This document shows, piece by piece, positions 1-11,762 of a stretch of 64,000 nucleotides of DNA (positions are counted from its first letter, which is position 1; every line of letters starts with the position of its first letter). Location: positions 41,354,001-41,418,000 of the forward strand of contig OX597829.1 of the NCBI GenBank assembly GCA_951406725.2. Direction: 5' to 3'. Made by a program: the position numbers and the translations under genes. A model generated the notes under the pieces. It saw nothing but the letters and a program-made list of their open reading frames with translations, did no database searches and was not told the origin of the DNA. The stretch comes from Octopus vulgaris (taxonomy: Eukaryota).

Positions 1-276
1 TATTGGCTAAACTGGCAAAATGACCATTCCGAAATATAACAATATGTAAAGATTGTGTTTTACATATATAAAGTACCAGTAATTTCTAGAATAGAGAAAG
101 AACTAGTACTTTATATATGTAAAGCACAATCTTTACACTTGTATATATATTCTCATATTTGTTTAAAATACATAAATAGATATTATAATGTCTAACAGTT
201 GATGTATAACACCTCTGAATCCCCTCTATTTTCTTCTTGCTGTATATATGCATATATATATATATCATCATCATTG

Positions 277-395
<119 letters not shown>

Positions 396-449
396 CCAAA
401 CTTACAGGGAAAAATTCAATTTAGAAATACTAAATCAAATTTCACAAAA

Positions 450-482
<33 letters not shown>

Positions 483-646
483 AATTAAATTTAAAAAACC
501 CACCTTTTATCAATTCAATAATGAAAAATTAAATTATGATATTTAGAAAAACTACATCTTATAGAATGGTTAAATATAAGATAAAACATATAACAATGAT
601 TAAGTAATGTGCAAAATAATAAATAAAACATATATATTTGGTAGAA

Positions 647-729
647 TAACGACACATATTTTGTGGCTATATTTAAGAAATGATAGTAGCAAAATCCCTT
701 CAATATAAATATAGTCACTCTTCAGGTTA
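647..729 (-). ncRNA. Hammerhead ribozyme copy in the PLE 3' repeat (GAAA mutated to AAAA, probably inactive)
   Basis: Same fold as 4572-4654, with a GUC cleavage triplet. Confidence 0.7.
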
Positions 730-2203
730 AAGATAAAAACAATAAAATAATTAATTAGATAAATTAATAAATATACGTATATAATCTTGTAAAATGCAAC
801 ATATCTTAACAAATATATTCTTGTGTAAATAAAAAAATAGAATAAAAAGTTATAAATATTTATTATATCTATAAAAATAAAATTTTAACATATATAAGAA
901 AAGAATAATAAACTATAATATATCATTATTATTAGGAAATAAAATGCAATTAATTAGAATATTTAAAACAGACAATATATATATATATATATATAAAATA
1001 CAAAATATACATTAAGTGAAAACTAAATACTATAATTTAATCTATATACATTAAATTAAATTATTAATTAATTAATCAATTTAATAAACATCTAAGTAAA
1101 ATCTTATACTCATTGAGTAATTTATATTAAAAAACAAAACTTAATGTTAAGTAATATACATAATGCTAGTACAATCTGTAAATATTAGAATTAAAAATAG
1201 GAAATGTTTCAAATATATACACACCTATTATATAAACTAACGATATTATTAATGTATTTATAGTATCTATAGATTTAATATTTTACTCAGTTATATAGTT
1301 GACCAAAATATCAATTGATATTAAACTTATTTACTTAAATGTAATACTATGTAATAAATAGACTACCTAACTATCAAATAATATATTGTCTTACAAAACT
1401 ATTTCTCAATTTAAATTATATGTAATATGTTAAATCACATTATAAAAATAATAATAAACATAATAAATGAATAGATATAGATATCATAACTAATAATTAT
1501 CAAGAAATTATATATAAATTAATATTTTAGCAACAATAATAATAATAATCAAACATTATACAATTCAAAGGTTAAATAATATTGTTAAATAAAAAACGTT
1601 ACTTAGCTTATCGATGAATATTATATAACTGAATTTTAAATGTAAAAATGTAGGTCTTAGTGTGAAGACGTGTAAAAAAATAGAATAAAATTATCAATGA
1701 AAATGATGAAAAATATTTATTAATGAAAAAGATGAAAAATATTTAAGCTTCAAGAATTAAAGAAAAATAGAGTAATGAAAGAAACTATAAATGACTATTT
1801 ACTATAAATTAAATTTCAAATAAATATTATGTAAAATATACATATAATATTAAATTATTTATATTACTATAACTAATAGGTCTTAATAAAATTATATATA
1901 ATCATTTATGTATTAAGAAATATCTAAGTTTAAAATTATTCAAATATATTAATATAACACGTAATAATATCATAAATTATACACTAATACTACTAAATTA
2001 TATCTACAAGAAATAAATAACATAAAAAGAAATAAGGTTTTATATATATGGAAAAATTAGCTAAACGTATCATATAGGTAAAGAAATTTATGTTAGCATT
2101 TAATTTTAAATGACTATTTACTATAAATTTAAAGTCCAAATAATAAATAAGTAAAATATATATATATTATATTTAAATTAATTTATATTACTATAATTAA
2201 TAT

Positions 2204-2630
2204 CATCATAATCATTGTTTAACGTCTGCATTCCTAGCTAGCATGGGTTGGACGATTTGACTGAGGGCTGGTGAACCAGATGGCTGCACCAGGCTTCAAT
2301 CTTGATCTGGCAAAGTTTCTACAGCTGGATGCCCTTCCTAATGCCAACCACTCCGAGAGTGTAGTGGGTGCTTTTTACATGCCACCAGCATGGGGCCAGT
2401 CAGGCAGTACTGGCAACGACCTCACTCGGATCTTTTACACATGCTGCGATCGTTACCAGCGTCGCCTTACTGGCACTCGAGCCCCATGCTAGTAGGGTAT
2501 TAACAGCACCATCTGAGCGTAATCATTGCCAGAGCAGCTATCTGGCCTCCGTGCCAGTGGCATGTAAAAGACCATTCGAGCGTGATCGTTACCAGCATCG
2601 CCTTATTGGCACCTGTGCCGGTGGCATGTG
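2204..2630 (-). mobile_element. RTE-tail insertion in the PLE 3' UTR
   Basis: GC-rich block flanked by an AATTAATAT duplication; (CAT)n tail on the left. Confidence 0.75.
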
Positions 2631-2699
2631 TAAATTAATATATCTTAATAAATTTATATAATCATTTATTTATTAGCCAAGCCTATTATATAGGTAATT

Positions 2700-3396
2700 T
2701 TATTTATGTTTACATTTAATTTTACGTTCCTCTAATGAATTTACCAACACATATTTGTTATTAAATAATATTTCTTTGAATTCATTATTACACAATGAAC
2801 AATAATTACTCCCTATACAATATGATTTAGCCCTACAAATAATTTCCCAATTTAATTTATATTTAATAGATCTAAATTTAAGGTCCCAAATGTATTTCCT
2901 GAGACCTGTTGAATTTATTAAATTTTTATTCCTAAAAGAATACATATGTTGAGCTACTCTTGATTTAATGTTATTTGAAGTGCACCCCATATAAATAGTG
3001 TTTAAATTATGATAATTCAAATTCTTATCATCTATTAAAGTTACCATACACTTATAGACTATATTATCTAAATTACAATTATTATTAAATTTTCATGTAG
3101 TCTTATCCCTACATGTACAATAAATTATATCTTGGTCTTTATTATTATTATTGGAATCAATATTTAATCTATCTTTGTAGAATTTATTTAATTTAAATGT
3201 ATTAAATGAAGAAATAATATTACCAACATTACTAGTAGTTGAATACCCAACTCCAAAATTATTATTAGAAAAAATGTTATAATATCTTTTATCCCTAATG
3301 AATATTTGAATTATATTTAGAATCTCTTTAATAAGATTTGTTTTAACCTGAGCCCCAAAAGGAACAATTAACCATATTTTATTCTTATAATTTTTA

Positions 3397-3454
<58 letters not shown>

Positions 3455-4488
3455 ATTTATTATCTTCATTAATTGAATTAAATTTTATCTTATTTTTATT
3501 TTTTATTCCAATATTAAATGTATGATTTACATCATCAAAATACCTATTATTATTAAGACAATTGATACCTAAATAAAACTCACCATAATTCAGATAATTA
3601 AGTTTATCATTATAAAAATCATTTACATTATACTCCTTCAAAATATAATTATGTTTACAAATATTAAAGAATTTAATATTATTATTATATCCTGCCTCAT
3701 GCAGGGCTTTATTATAATAAGGTGCATGTTTATTAAAAATCTCTAAATCATAAGAAAGTAATGATATTATTTTACCTACATTATTTATCAATGATTTTTT
3801 AACAGAAGGAGGATGATTATTATAAGCATTAATATATCTGAGATTTTCATTAATTTTATGGAATGGTTGGGTTTTACCCATTATTAAATTAGAATTAAAC
3901 ATCTAAATAATTAACATTATCATCATCATCATCGTTTAACGTCCATTTTCCATGCTAGCATGGGTTGGACGGTTCAACTGGGGTCTGGAAAGCCAGAAGG
4001 CTGTGCCAGGCCCAGTCTGATCTGGCAGTGTTTCTACAGCTGGATAGTTCTCATTATAAATAGTAATTATTAAACCATATCTTTTAAAGAAATTATAAAG
4101 TTTCTTTTTATATAATTCTAATTTTCTATTTGTACAATCCTTAGTAAGTAATAAAAGGTCATCCCTATATAAACCACCCTCCAATTTAAAATTTTCCAAT
4201 TTAAGTTCTGCTAATAAATAAATACCTACTAAATCAGTAGCCTGTGCATAATCTTGTGTCCCCATAGGTATATCAAAATAGTTTCTAGTATCCTTCCTAG
4301 CCCATAATTTATTATTATATCTAATTAACAATTTCCTAGTCATTTTAATAACATAAGCTTCATCAGAGGTCATTCCTACCTTATTCATTGCAAAAATTAG
4401 GGCTTTATTATGTACAATCTCATTAATAGAAGAAGAATAATTATCTATATCTATTTGAATGAATTTATATTTATTTTTATATTTAGTA
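2700..4488 (-). pseudogene. PLE ORF remnant: reverse transcriptase + GIY-YIG endonuclease
   Basis: ORFs 3936-4514, 3093-3902 and 2700-3047 join into one protein. Interrupted by an RTE-tail insertion (about 3919-4045), a frameshift near 3900 and an in-frame TGA at 3093-3095. EN motifs IVYKC...IYMGCT...KSRVAQH...CSLC...CKH. Confidence 0.85.
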
Positions 4489-4571
4489 TTGTTAAGATAT
4501 TTTGTATTTTGCAAGATTATATACGTATATTTATTAATTTATCTAATTAATTATTTTATTGTTTTTATCTT

Positions 4572-4654
4572 TAACCTGAAGAGTGACTATATTTATATTG
4601 AAATGATTTTACTATTATCATTTCTTAAATATAGCCACGAAACACATGTAGTTA
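4572..4654 (+). ncRNA. Type I hammerhead ribozyme with intact core, in the inverted PLE terminal repeat
   Basis: TAAC-CTGAAGA-GTGACTATATTTA..TAAATATAGCCAC-GAAA-CACATGT-A-GTTA; stem I TAAC/GTTA; predicted cleavage after GUA at 4650. Confidence 0.8.
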
Positions 4655-5744
4655 TTCTACCAAATATATATACGTTTTATTTATTATTTTGCACGTTACT
4701 TAATCATTGTTATATGTTCTATATTATATTTAATCTTTCTATAAGATGTAATTTTTCTAAATGTTATAATTTAATTTTTTCATCATTAAATTGATAAAAG
4801 GTGTTTTTTTTCCTAATTTATATATATATCATCATCATCATTGTTCAATATCCGTTGTCCATTCTGGCATGGGTTGAATGGTTTGACTAGAGTTGGCAAG
4901 CTGGGGAGATGCACCAGACTCCAGTCTGATTTGGCATGGTTTCTACAGCTGGATGCCCTTCCTAATGCCAACTACTTCATAGAGTGTGCTGGGTGCTTTT
5001 ATGTAGCATGACATGGGTACTTTAAGGTGACACTGCCATAAATGCTCTACACCACCAGAGGGACTAGTCTTAACATGGAGTACAAAAATATGTATATGTG
5101 TTTGTGTGTATATGTATCTTATATCTATCATCTTTTACTTGCCTCAGTCATCAGACTGCAGCCAAGCTGGGGCACCATCTTGAAGAATTTTTAGTCAAAT
5201 GAATCAACTCTAGTACTTATCTTTTTAAAAGCCCGATACTTACTTATTCTATGAGTCTCTTTCACCAACATCCTAGGTTATAGGGCCATAAACACACCAA
5301 CACTGGTTGTCAAGCAATGGTAGGGGACAAACACAAACAGACACATACATAAGATATATTCCAGTCACATGTAAAATGCACCCATGCTGGTGACATGTAA
5401 AAACACCCACTACACTCAGGAAGAGGTTGGCATTAGGAAGGACATCTATCCATAGAAACCATGCCAAAACTGACTGGCACCTGGTGCAGCTCTTTGGCTC
5501 ACCAATTCCAGTTAAACCATCTAACCAATGCCAGCATGGGAAACTGATGCTAAATGATGATGATACAACAGGCTTCTTTCAGTTTCCATCTACCAAATCC
5601 ACTCACAAGGCTTTGGTTGGCGTGGGGTCATAATAGAAAACACTTACCCAAGGTACTCTGCAGTGGGAGAGAACCCGGAACCATGTGGTTGGGAAACAAG
5701 CTTCTTACCACACAGCTACACCTGCACATTTATATATACCTAAA

Positions 5745-5749
<5 letters not shown>

Positions 5750-5806
<57 letters not shown>

Positions 5807-6372
5807 CTATATATATGTTTATGTATGTATGTATGTAAGTATGTATGCATGTATGTATGTATGTAAGTATGTATGTATGTATGTATGCATGCATGTATGT
5901 ATGTATGTATGTATGTATTTATACATGCATGCATGTATGCATGTACGTATGTATCCATGCATGCATGTATGTATGTATGTATGCATGTATGTATGCATGC
6001 ATGTATGTATGTATGTATGTATGTATGTATGTATGTATGTATGTATGTATGTATGTATGCATGTATGCATGTATGCATGCATGTATGTATGTATGTATGT
6101 ATGTATGCATGCATGCATGTATGTATGTAGGTATGTATGTATGTATGCATGCATGTATGTATTTATGTATGTATGTATGTATGCATGCATGTATGTATGC
6201 ATGTATGTGTGTGTGTATGTATGTGTGTGTGTATGTATGTGTGTGTGTACGTACGTATGTATGTATGTATGTATGTATGTATGTATGTATGTATGTATGT
6301 ATGTATGTATGTATGCATGCATGTATGCATGTATGTATGTATGTATGTTTGTATGTATGCACGTATGTATGT
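5750..6372. repeat. (TA)n followed by (TATG/CATG)n compound microsatellite
   Basis: Direct reading of the sequence. Confidence 0.97.
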
Positions 6373-6923
6373 AAACTGAAATATTGTGTATGGGTAAAAG
6401 ATAAACAATATTATAAATCTAAAAATTGAAGTTTGTAAGAGGATTATGAAAAAGAAAAAAAAAAAACTTTAAGAAAATAGCATAGTTACAAAAAAAAAAA
6501 GGAACAGAAAAAATGAAAAATGTCCCCAAATCAAATGAATGCTTAAAACCAAGACAAAAACAATGAATGACAAGAAAAAGAAAAATGCCAGCAGAAATGA
6601 TTGATAAGGAATCAAAATAGGACTTCTTCCTAAATCCATTTTCTTCACTTGATTCTTTCTGCTGTACATATTTCTTTTACGCATTCCATAGAATATAACT
6701 TATAATCTCCACTCTCTCCATCAATCCCACCCCATGCATATCTCCTCTCTTTTTCCATTTTCTCTTTTCAAACATCAAGTTGACTCTCCTAAATCTTGTT
6801 ATGATACTCAAGATTCTAAATCTTCAATCACTGTTACAGCTTCCCTTAGCATTCTTCTCTAAATTTTTCTACTTCTTAGCATACCTATATATGTGTTTAT
6901 AAATATGTATGTGTATATATATA

Positions 6924-6972
<49 letters not shown>

Positions 6973-7194
6973 GCACACAGATACACACACACAATACACA
7001 CACACACACACACATATTGATACATATATTTATAAATGTAGTATGTGTATATAAATATATATGCATACACATACATATAGACATACACATATACACACAT
7101 TTACAACAGCTAACTTGAATGGAAATCCTTTCATTGTAACCGATATCTCTTAAAAATAGCTTTATAAAAATGTTATATTATTATCTTTACAAGC

Positions 7195-7215
7195 CTATCT
7201 ATCTGTCTGTCTGTA

Positions 7216-7248
<33 letters not shown>

Positions 7249-7253
7249 GTCTA

Positions 7254-7284
<31 letters not shown>

Positions 7285-7354
7285 GTCTATCTATCTATCT
7301 ATCTGTCTGTCTGTCTGTCTACCTATCTATCTATCTACCTACCTATCTACCTAC

Positions 7355-7405
<51 letters not shown>

Positions 7406-7655
7406 CATATCTATCTATCTATCTATCCATCTATTCATCTATCCATCTATCTATCCATCCATCCGTCCGTCCGTCCATCCGTCCATCCATCCATCCATCC
7501 ATCCATCCATCCATCATTTCAGTTTATTTAGCTATCTGTCAATTTCACTGTATATCTGTTATGCTTGTTTATACGCACACACATATTCACACACACACAC
7601 ACACACGCACACGCACACACACACACATGCATGCACACACACATGCATACACATT
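7195..7655. repeat. (TCTA/TCTG/TCCA)n and (CA)n microsatellites
   Basis: Direct reading of the sequence. Confidence 0.95.
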
Positions 7656-8163
7656 CATTCTTAATTACACATATATACACATATGTTGTATGTTAATCCA
7701 TCAACCTATATGTGCGTTCATCTATATGTCTATCTACATACCTAAACCCATTCTCAAATACATTCATAATCTTACACATACAATACAAAACAGGCACTTT
7801 ACTTCCAAATCATCATTCTCTTCTATAATTCCTTTTCACTTATATTATCATTTTATGTACAACTTACGCTGTGGGAGATTCTTCCGATAATCAACTTGAG
7901 ATCACAATGATTTCAACATCTTCCAACAATGTTACTGTGCAGCATTGATGCTTTCATGGAACATCTGGGTTTGTCTTGCCCATACTGTAAAATACTTCTT
8001 CCTCTGTCAACTATGCAGCTTACACACTAAACTGGGTGTAAATGTAATCACTTTTTAAAACAACTGGCAACTATTTTGCTCAGCTAAGTTCCTAAGAGTT
8101 TGTCTTTTGCTTTTAGCATTGGTCTTTATCTAAGTACGTAAAGGTGACTAGTACCACTCTAGT

Positions 8164-8420
8164 GGAGGCGCATGACTTAGTGGTTAGGGTGTCAGTATCA
8201 TGATCGTAAGATTGTGGTTTCGATTCCTGGACTGGGTGACGCGTTGTATTCTTGAGCTAAAGACATCGTTTCACATTGATCCAGTCCACTCAGCTGGCAA
8301 AAATGAATAACGCTGTGGACTGGTGTCCCGTCCAGCTGGGGAACACATATGCCATTGAAACCGGGAAACCAGGCCCATGAGCCTGGCTGGGCTTTAAAAG
8401 AGCACATTTATTATTATTAG
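8164..8420 (+). mobile_element. tRNA-derived SINE family D
   Basis: TGACTTAGTGG A-box, GTTTCGATTCC B-box, (TTA)n tail; related heads at about 11795-12115 and 17522-17795. Confidence 0.7.
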
Positions 8421-9427
8421 TACTACTCTGAGGAACTGGTGATGAGGGTTAAAACCAATTAAGGAAAGACTGTAGGCCTACTGCACATCACCTGGAGAGG
8501 CTGGTCCTTGTTGTCCAACAGTGGAGTGCTGGCTGGAAGGAACAGTTAAATTGCTTGGAGATCTGGTTTGGGTAAGATCTCTAGTTAGATATTGGAATGA
8601 GGTGACAAACAGGGTGGCCATTTCATCTAGAAGTGAGACAAGAGAATGTTGTCCCTAAAATATTGGTCAGAGATGGTGAATGCCTACATTGCCTATGTCT
8701 TTTATTACTGCGCTTTATCCCAATTCACACCAGATTGGACTGGAGCATCTGCTTGTCTGTCTTTTTGTTGAAAGGATGCATTCCCCTGGTCAGGAACTCC
8801 AATTGCTATGAACACTGTTGTGCAATGTTGGAGAAATGGGCAAGCTGTGGGTGTTGATACACAGACATACACTGGGGCTGTGATCATGTCAGCAATTTGT
8901 TAGGGTTAGGGTTAGGTTACCATTTGTCAGATGCTTTTTTTCATAGCTTGTCTCTTTAACAGAGTTGTAATTCCGAGTCAATGACCACCACAAGATACTT
9001 GGCATCTGGAATGTCATCAAGTGCTCACAGCCAATCAGGCAGTGTGGTAGGAAGTTCCATTTTGATGTTCTACAGAGGATGAGTGGTAAGAAAAAGCAAC
9101 AACATTGTCAGGGAAACTCTGAACCTTAACGAAAATCGACAGGCCAATTCCAGTTGTTTGTCTATTATCACAGTTAACTCCATGTAATAAATTTGAACTC
9201 AGCACTACAAACAAAGAAACAAAATTATTTTCTAGTGCTGTGTGTCACTAATCAAATTACATCATTGCATTATACAACTTATGTTGCCTGTTTATTGACA
9301 GATTACCTTCTTGGCTATGGACAAAATGCAGCGATTGTCTCAGCTACTTTCTTTATCTATTCAGATCTTCCCAGTCATGATAGATCAACTAATTTCCTCT
9401 TTTTCAGTTCAACACTTATAATTCAAA

Positions 9428-9852
9428 GGAGTTCAGGAGTGGCTGTGTGGTAAGTAGCTTGCTAACCAACCACATGGTTCCGGGTTCAGTCCCGCTGCGT
9501 GGCATCTTGGTCAAGTGTCTTCTGCTATAGCCCCGGGCCGACCAATGCCTTGTGAGTGGATTTGGTAGACGGAAACTGAAAGAAGCCTGTCGTATATATG
9601 TATATATATATATGTGTGTGTGTGTGTGTATGTGTTTGCGTGTCTATGTTTGTCCCCCTAGCATTGCTTGACAACCGATGCTGGTGTGTTTACGTCCCCG
9701 TCACCTAGCGGTTCAGCCAAAGAGACCGATAGAATAAGTACTGGGCTTACAAAGAATAAGTCCCGGGGTCGATTTGCTCGACTAAAGGCGGTGCTCCAGC
9801 ATGGCCGCAGTCAAATGACTGAAACAAGTAAAAGAGTAAAGAGTAAAAGAGT
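9428..9852 (+). mobile_element. tRNA-derived SINE family A (young copy)
   Basis: A/B-box head GTGGCTGTGTGG...GGTTCAGTCCC, internal (TA/TG)n, (GAGTAAAA)n tail. Confidence 0.85.
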
Positions 9853-9879
9853 ATACACCATTCTATTTACAACCTGCTT

Positions 9880-10050
9880 TCACTATTGTTGTATTTAGGA
9901 ATGGTCATTTTACCAGTTTAGCCAATAAAAACACATGCGCTATGTATTTGGTGTTACTTTGCTTCAGCGTTATTTATTTTTTACATTAATCTTAATCTTA
10001 TTTTGACCAGAGTTCTTCCATCACACTTTTGTGACCTCATCAGTGGTCCT
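9880..10050 (-). mobile_element. Terminal repeat of a second PLE-like family with a decayed HHR (10005-10048)
   Basis: GACCA-CTGATGA-G-GTCACA aaag TGTGAT-GGAAGAAC-TC-TGGTC; its terminus matches 1-43, about 26064-26088 and 61973-61997. Confidence 0.6.
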
Positions 10051-10450
10051 TTGATTTTGGAGGAGACACATTGTTTAATAAACTGAAGCTGTTGAGTCAT
10101 CATGGTTTTCCGTAGGCAACTGAATACAGTGTCCTTCAGCGTTTTGCTATATTTTCTGGCAAATATATCAATATAGTAAACATGTAGCATAAACATTCAA
10201 ACATGATCACTATCTTTCTAAATCCTGTTACATCTCACATGGATTTCTTTTCCTTCAAAGTTGTCAACCTAGCTTCTTTTGGTTGTAAAATTTGACTTAT
10301 ATGCCAGAAAATATGATTGCTCATGAATGTAGAAATAACGTAGGGGTCGTATCTTACCGAATGAAAGAACTATGGCATGAAGGTACTTCTTATTTCATCA
10401 TTATCTGAGATTTAAAGAATGGAAAAAATATATGTGAACTTTATTCACCT

Positions 10451-10731
10451 ATTATTTACATTTGACAGATATTTGTCCTCATCTTGTTTGTTGTTAACAC
10501 GTTTTGGCTGATATACCCTCCAGTCTTTATCAGGTGTCTTGGGGAAATTTCGAACCTGCGTTCTCATTCCTAAGGTATTTTTCGATGTTATTATTATTAT
10601 TATTCAGGTCACTGCCTGGAATTGAACTTGGAATCTTGGGGTTAGTAACCTGCGCTCTTAACAACTACACTATATGCCCGTGGGCATATGTAAATAATGT
10701 ACATAATTCCTCATCCCTTAAATATAGAACT
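10451..10731 (-). mobile_element. tRNA-headed SINE-like element with a decayed HHR-like 3' module
   Basis: Head 10607-10679 has A-box-like and B-box-like (AGTTCAATTCC) motifs; (AAT)n linker; GACAC-CTGATAA-AGACTG..CAGCC-AAAAC-GTGTT at 10496-10538. Confidence 0.55.
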
Positions 10732-11113
10732 GTTTTATTTACCTAATTTGATGGCTGAATGGAATATCACTGAAAATTTAGTTAAGTCCTGGTTCACTCT
10801 TGGACAGGTCCTGTTCAAGTGGACCTTCTCCAGCACTCTCTATATGACCAGGGAGAGTCTGTACACATCCCTTCCACCATTAAATAGATTACTGGAACTT
10901 TGGTTTCCATGACTTGGAATGAATACTTGAATGGTTTCCCATTGCCTTCTCCAGACAGGTGGGATTTGAACTCAGAATGGAGAGAGCCAGAAGATATACC
11001 ATAAGCATTTCTGCTGATGTGATTCTGCAACTCTGCAGAGCAATATGAAATGAAGTGCATTTCTCAAGAACACAATACGCTGTTTGGTCTGGGAAATGAA
11101 ACCATGATTTCAA

Positions 11114-11762
11114 ATAAATATATATATAAAATACAAAATATACATTAAGATGTTTATTAAATAAATAAATTAATAAATAATTTAATTTAATGTATATAGA
11201 TTATAGTATTTTAGTTTTCACTTAATGTATATATTGTATTTTATATATATGTATATTTATTTGTTTTAAATAATTTAATTAATTGTATTTTATTTTCTAG
11301 TAATGATATATTATAGTTTGTTATTCTTATATAAGTTAAAATTTATTTTTATAGATATAATAAATATTCCTACCTCTTTATTCTATTTTTATTTACACCA
11401 GAATATATTTAAGATATTTCGTATTTTACAAGATTATATACGTATATTTATTTATTTTATTGTTTTTATCTTTGACCTGAAGAGTGGCTGTATTTAAATT
11501 GAATTGACTTTACTGTTATCATTTCTTAAATATAGCCACGAAACACGTGTACTCATTTTACCAAATATATACGCTTTATTTAGTATTTTGTACATTACTC
11601 AATCACAGGTACATGTTTTTATCTTATATTTAATTTTTTTCTATAATGTATAATTAAATTTTTTCCTTGTTGAATTGATAAAAGGTGATTTTTTTTCTAA
11701 TATATATATAGATATATATCATATGTTGTGAAATTTGATTTAGTATTTCTAAATTGAAATAT
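11114..11762 (+). mobile_element. Non-coding 3' fragment of the same PLE family with a short inverted 5' end
   Basis: 11150-11760 is approximately the reverse complement of 415-1090; 11123-11149 is inverted relative to 11221-11250. Confidence 0.8.
11473..11555 (+). ncRNA. Hammerhead ribozyme (third copy of family 1)
   Basis: TGAC-CTGAAGA-GTGGCTGTATTTAA..TTAAATATAGCCAC-GAAACACGTGT-A-CTCA; palindromic stem III ACACGTGT. Confidence 0.75.

Larger units (their letters stand above)
415..4825 (-). mobile_element. Penelope-like retroelement (PLE), 5'-truncated, with inverted terminal repeat; probably Hydra-type clade
   Basis: RT motifs (FIQIDI, IPMGTQD, GLYRDD, NHPPS) followed by a GIY-YIG endonuclease; 500-812 is the reverse complement of about 4489-4803; both ends abut (TA)n. 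Clade call is from recalled motifs, not a tree. Confidence 0.88.

Noticed and set aside
2271-2661. Recurrent ORFs such as FLQLDALPNANHS or PNPLTRLWL across the window
   Set aside because: Chance frames in LINE 3' UTRs and SINEs
2700-4514. RT + nuclease as a bacterial retron, group II intron or contaminant
   Set aside because: Motifs, inverted terminal repeat and HHR fit a Penelope-like element, and it is interrupted by host-type repeats
5685-6429. Long overlapping ORFs (MYVC/HTYI repeats); similar ones at 199-488, 7170-7664, 50906-51367, 61472-61856
   Set aside because: Translations of stop-free microsatellites, not genes
8164-8240. tRNA genes at SINE heads (also 10607, 11795, 59621)
   Set aside because: No convincing acceptor stem or poly-T terminator; each continues into a repeat body
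8899-8920. (TTAGGG)2-3 telomeric repeat
   Set aside because: Too short to distinguish from chance or a repair scar
8430-9180. Moderately GC-rich stretch that looks coding or LTR-derived
   Set aside because: No recognisable protein motif or splice-compatible exon found by eye
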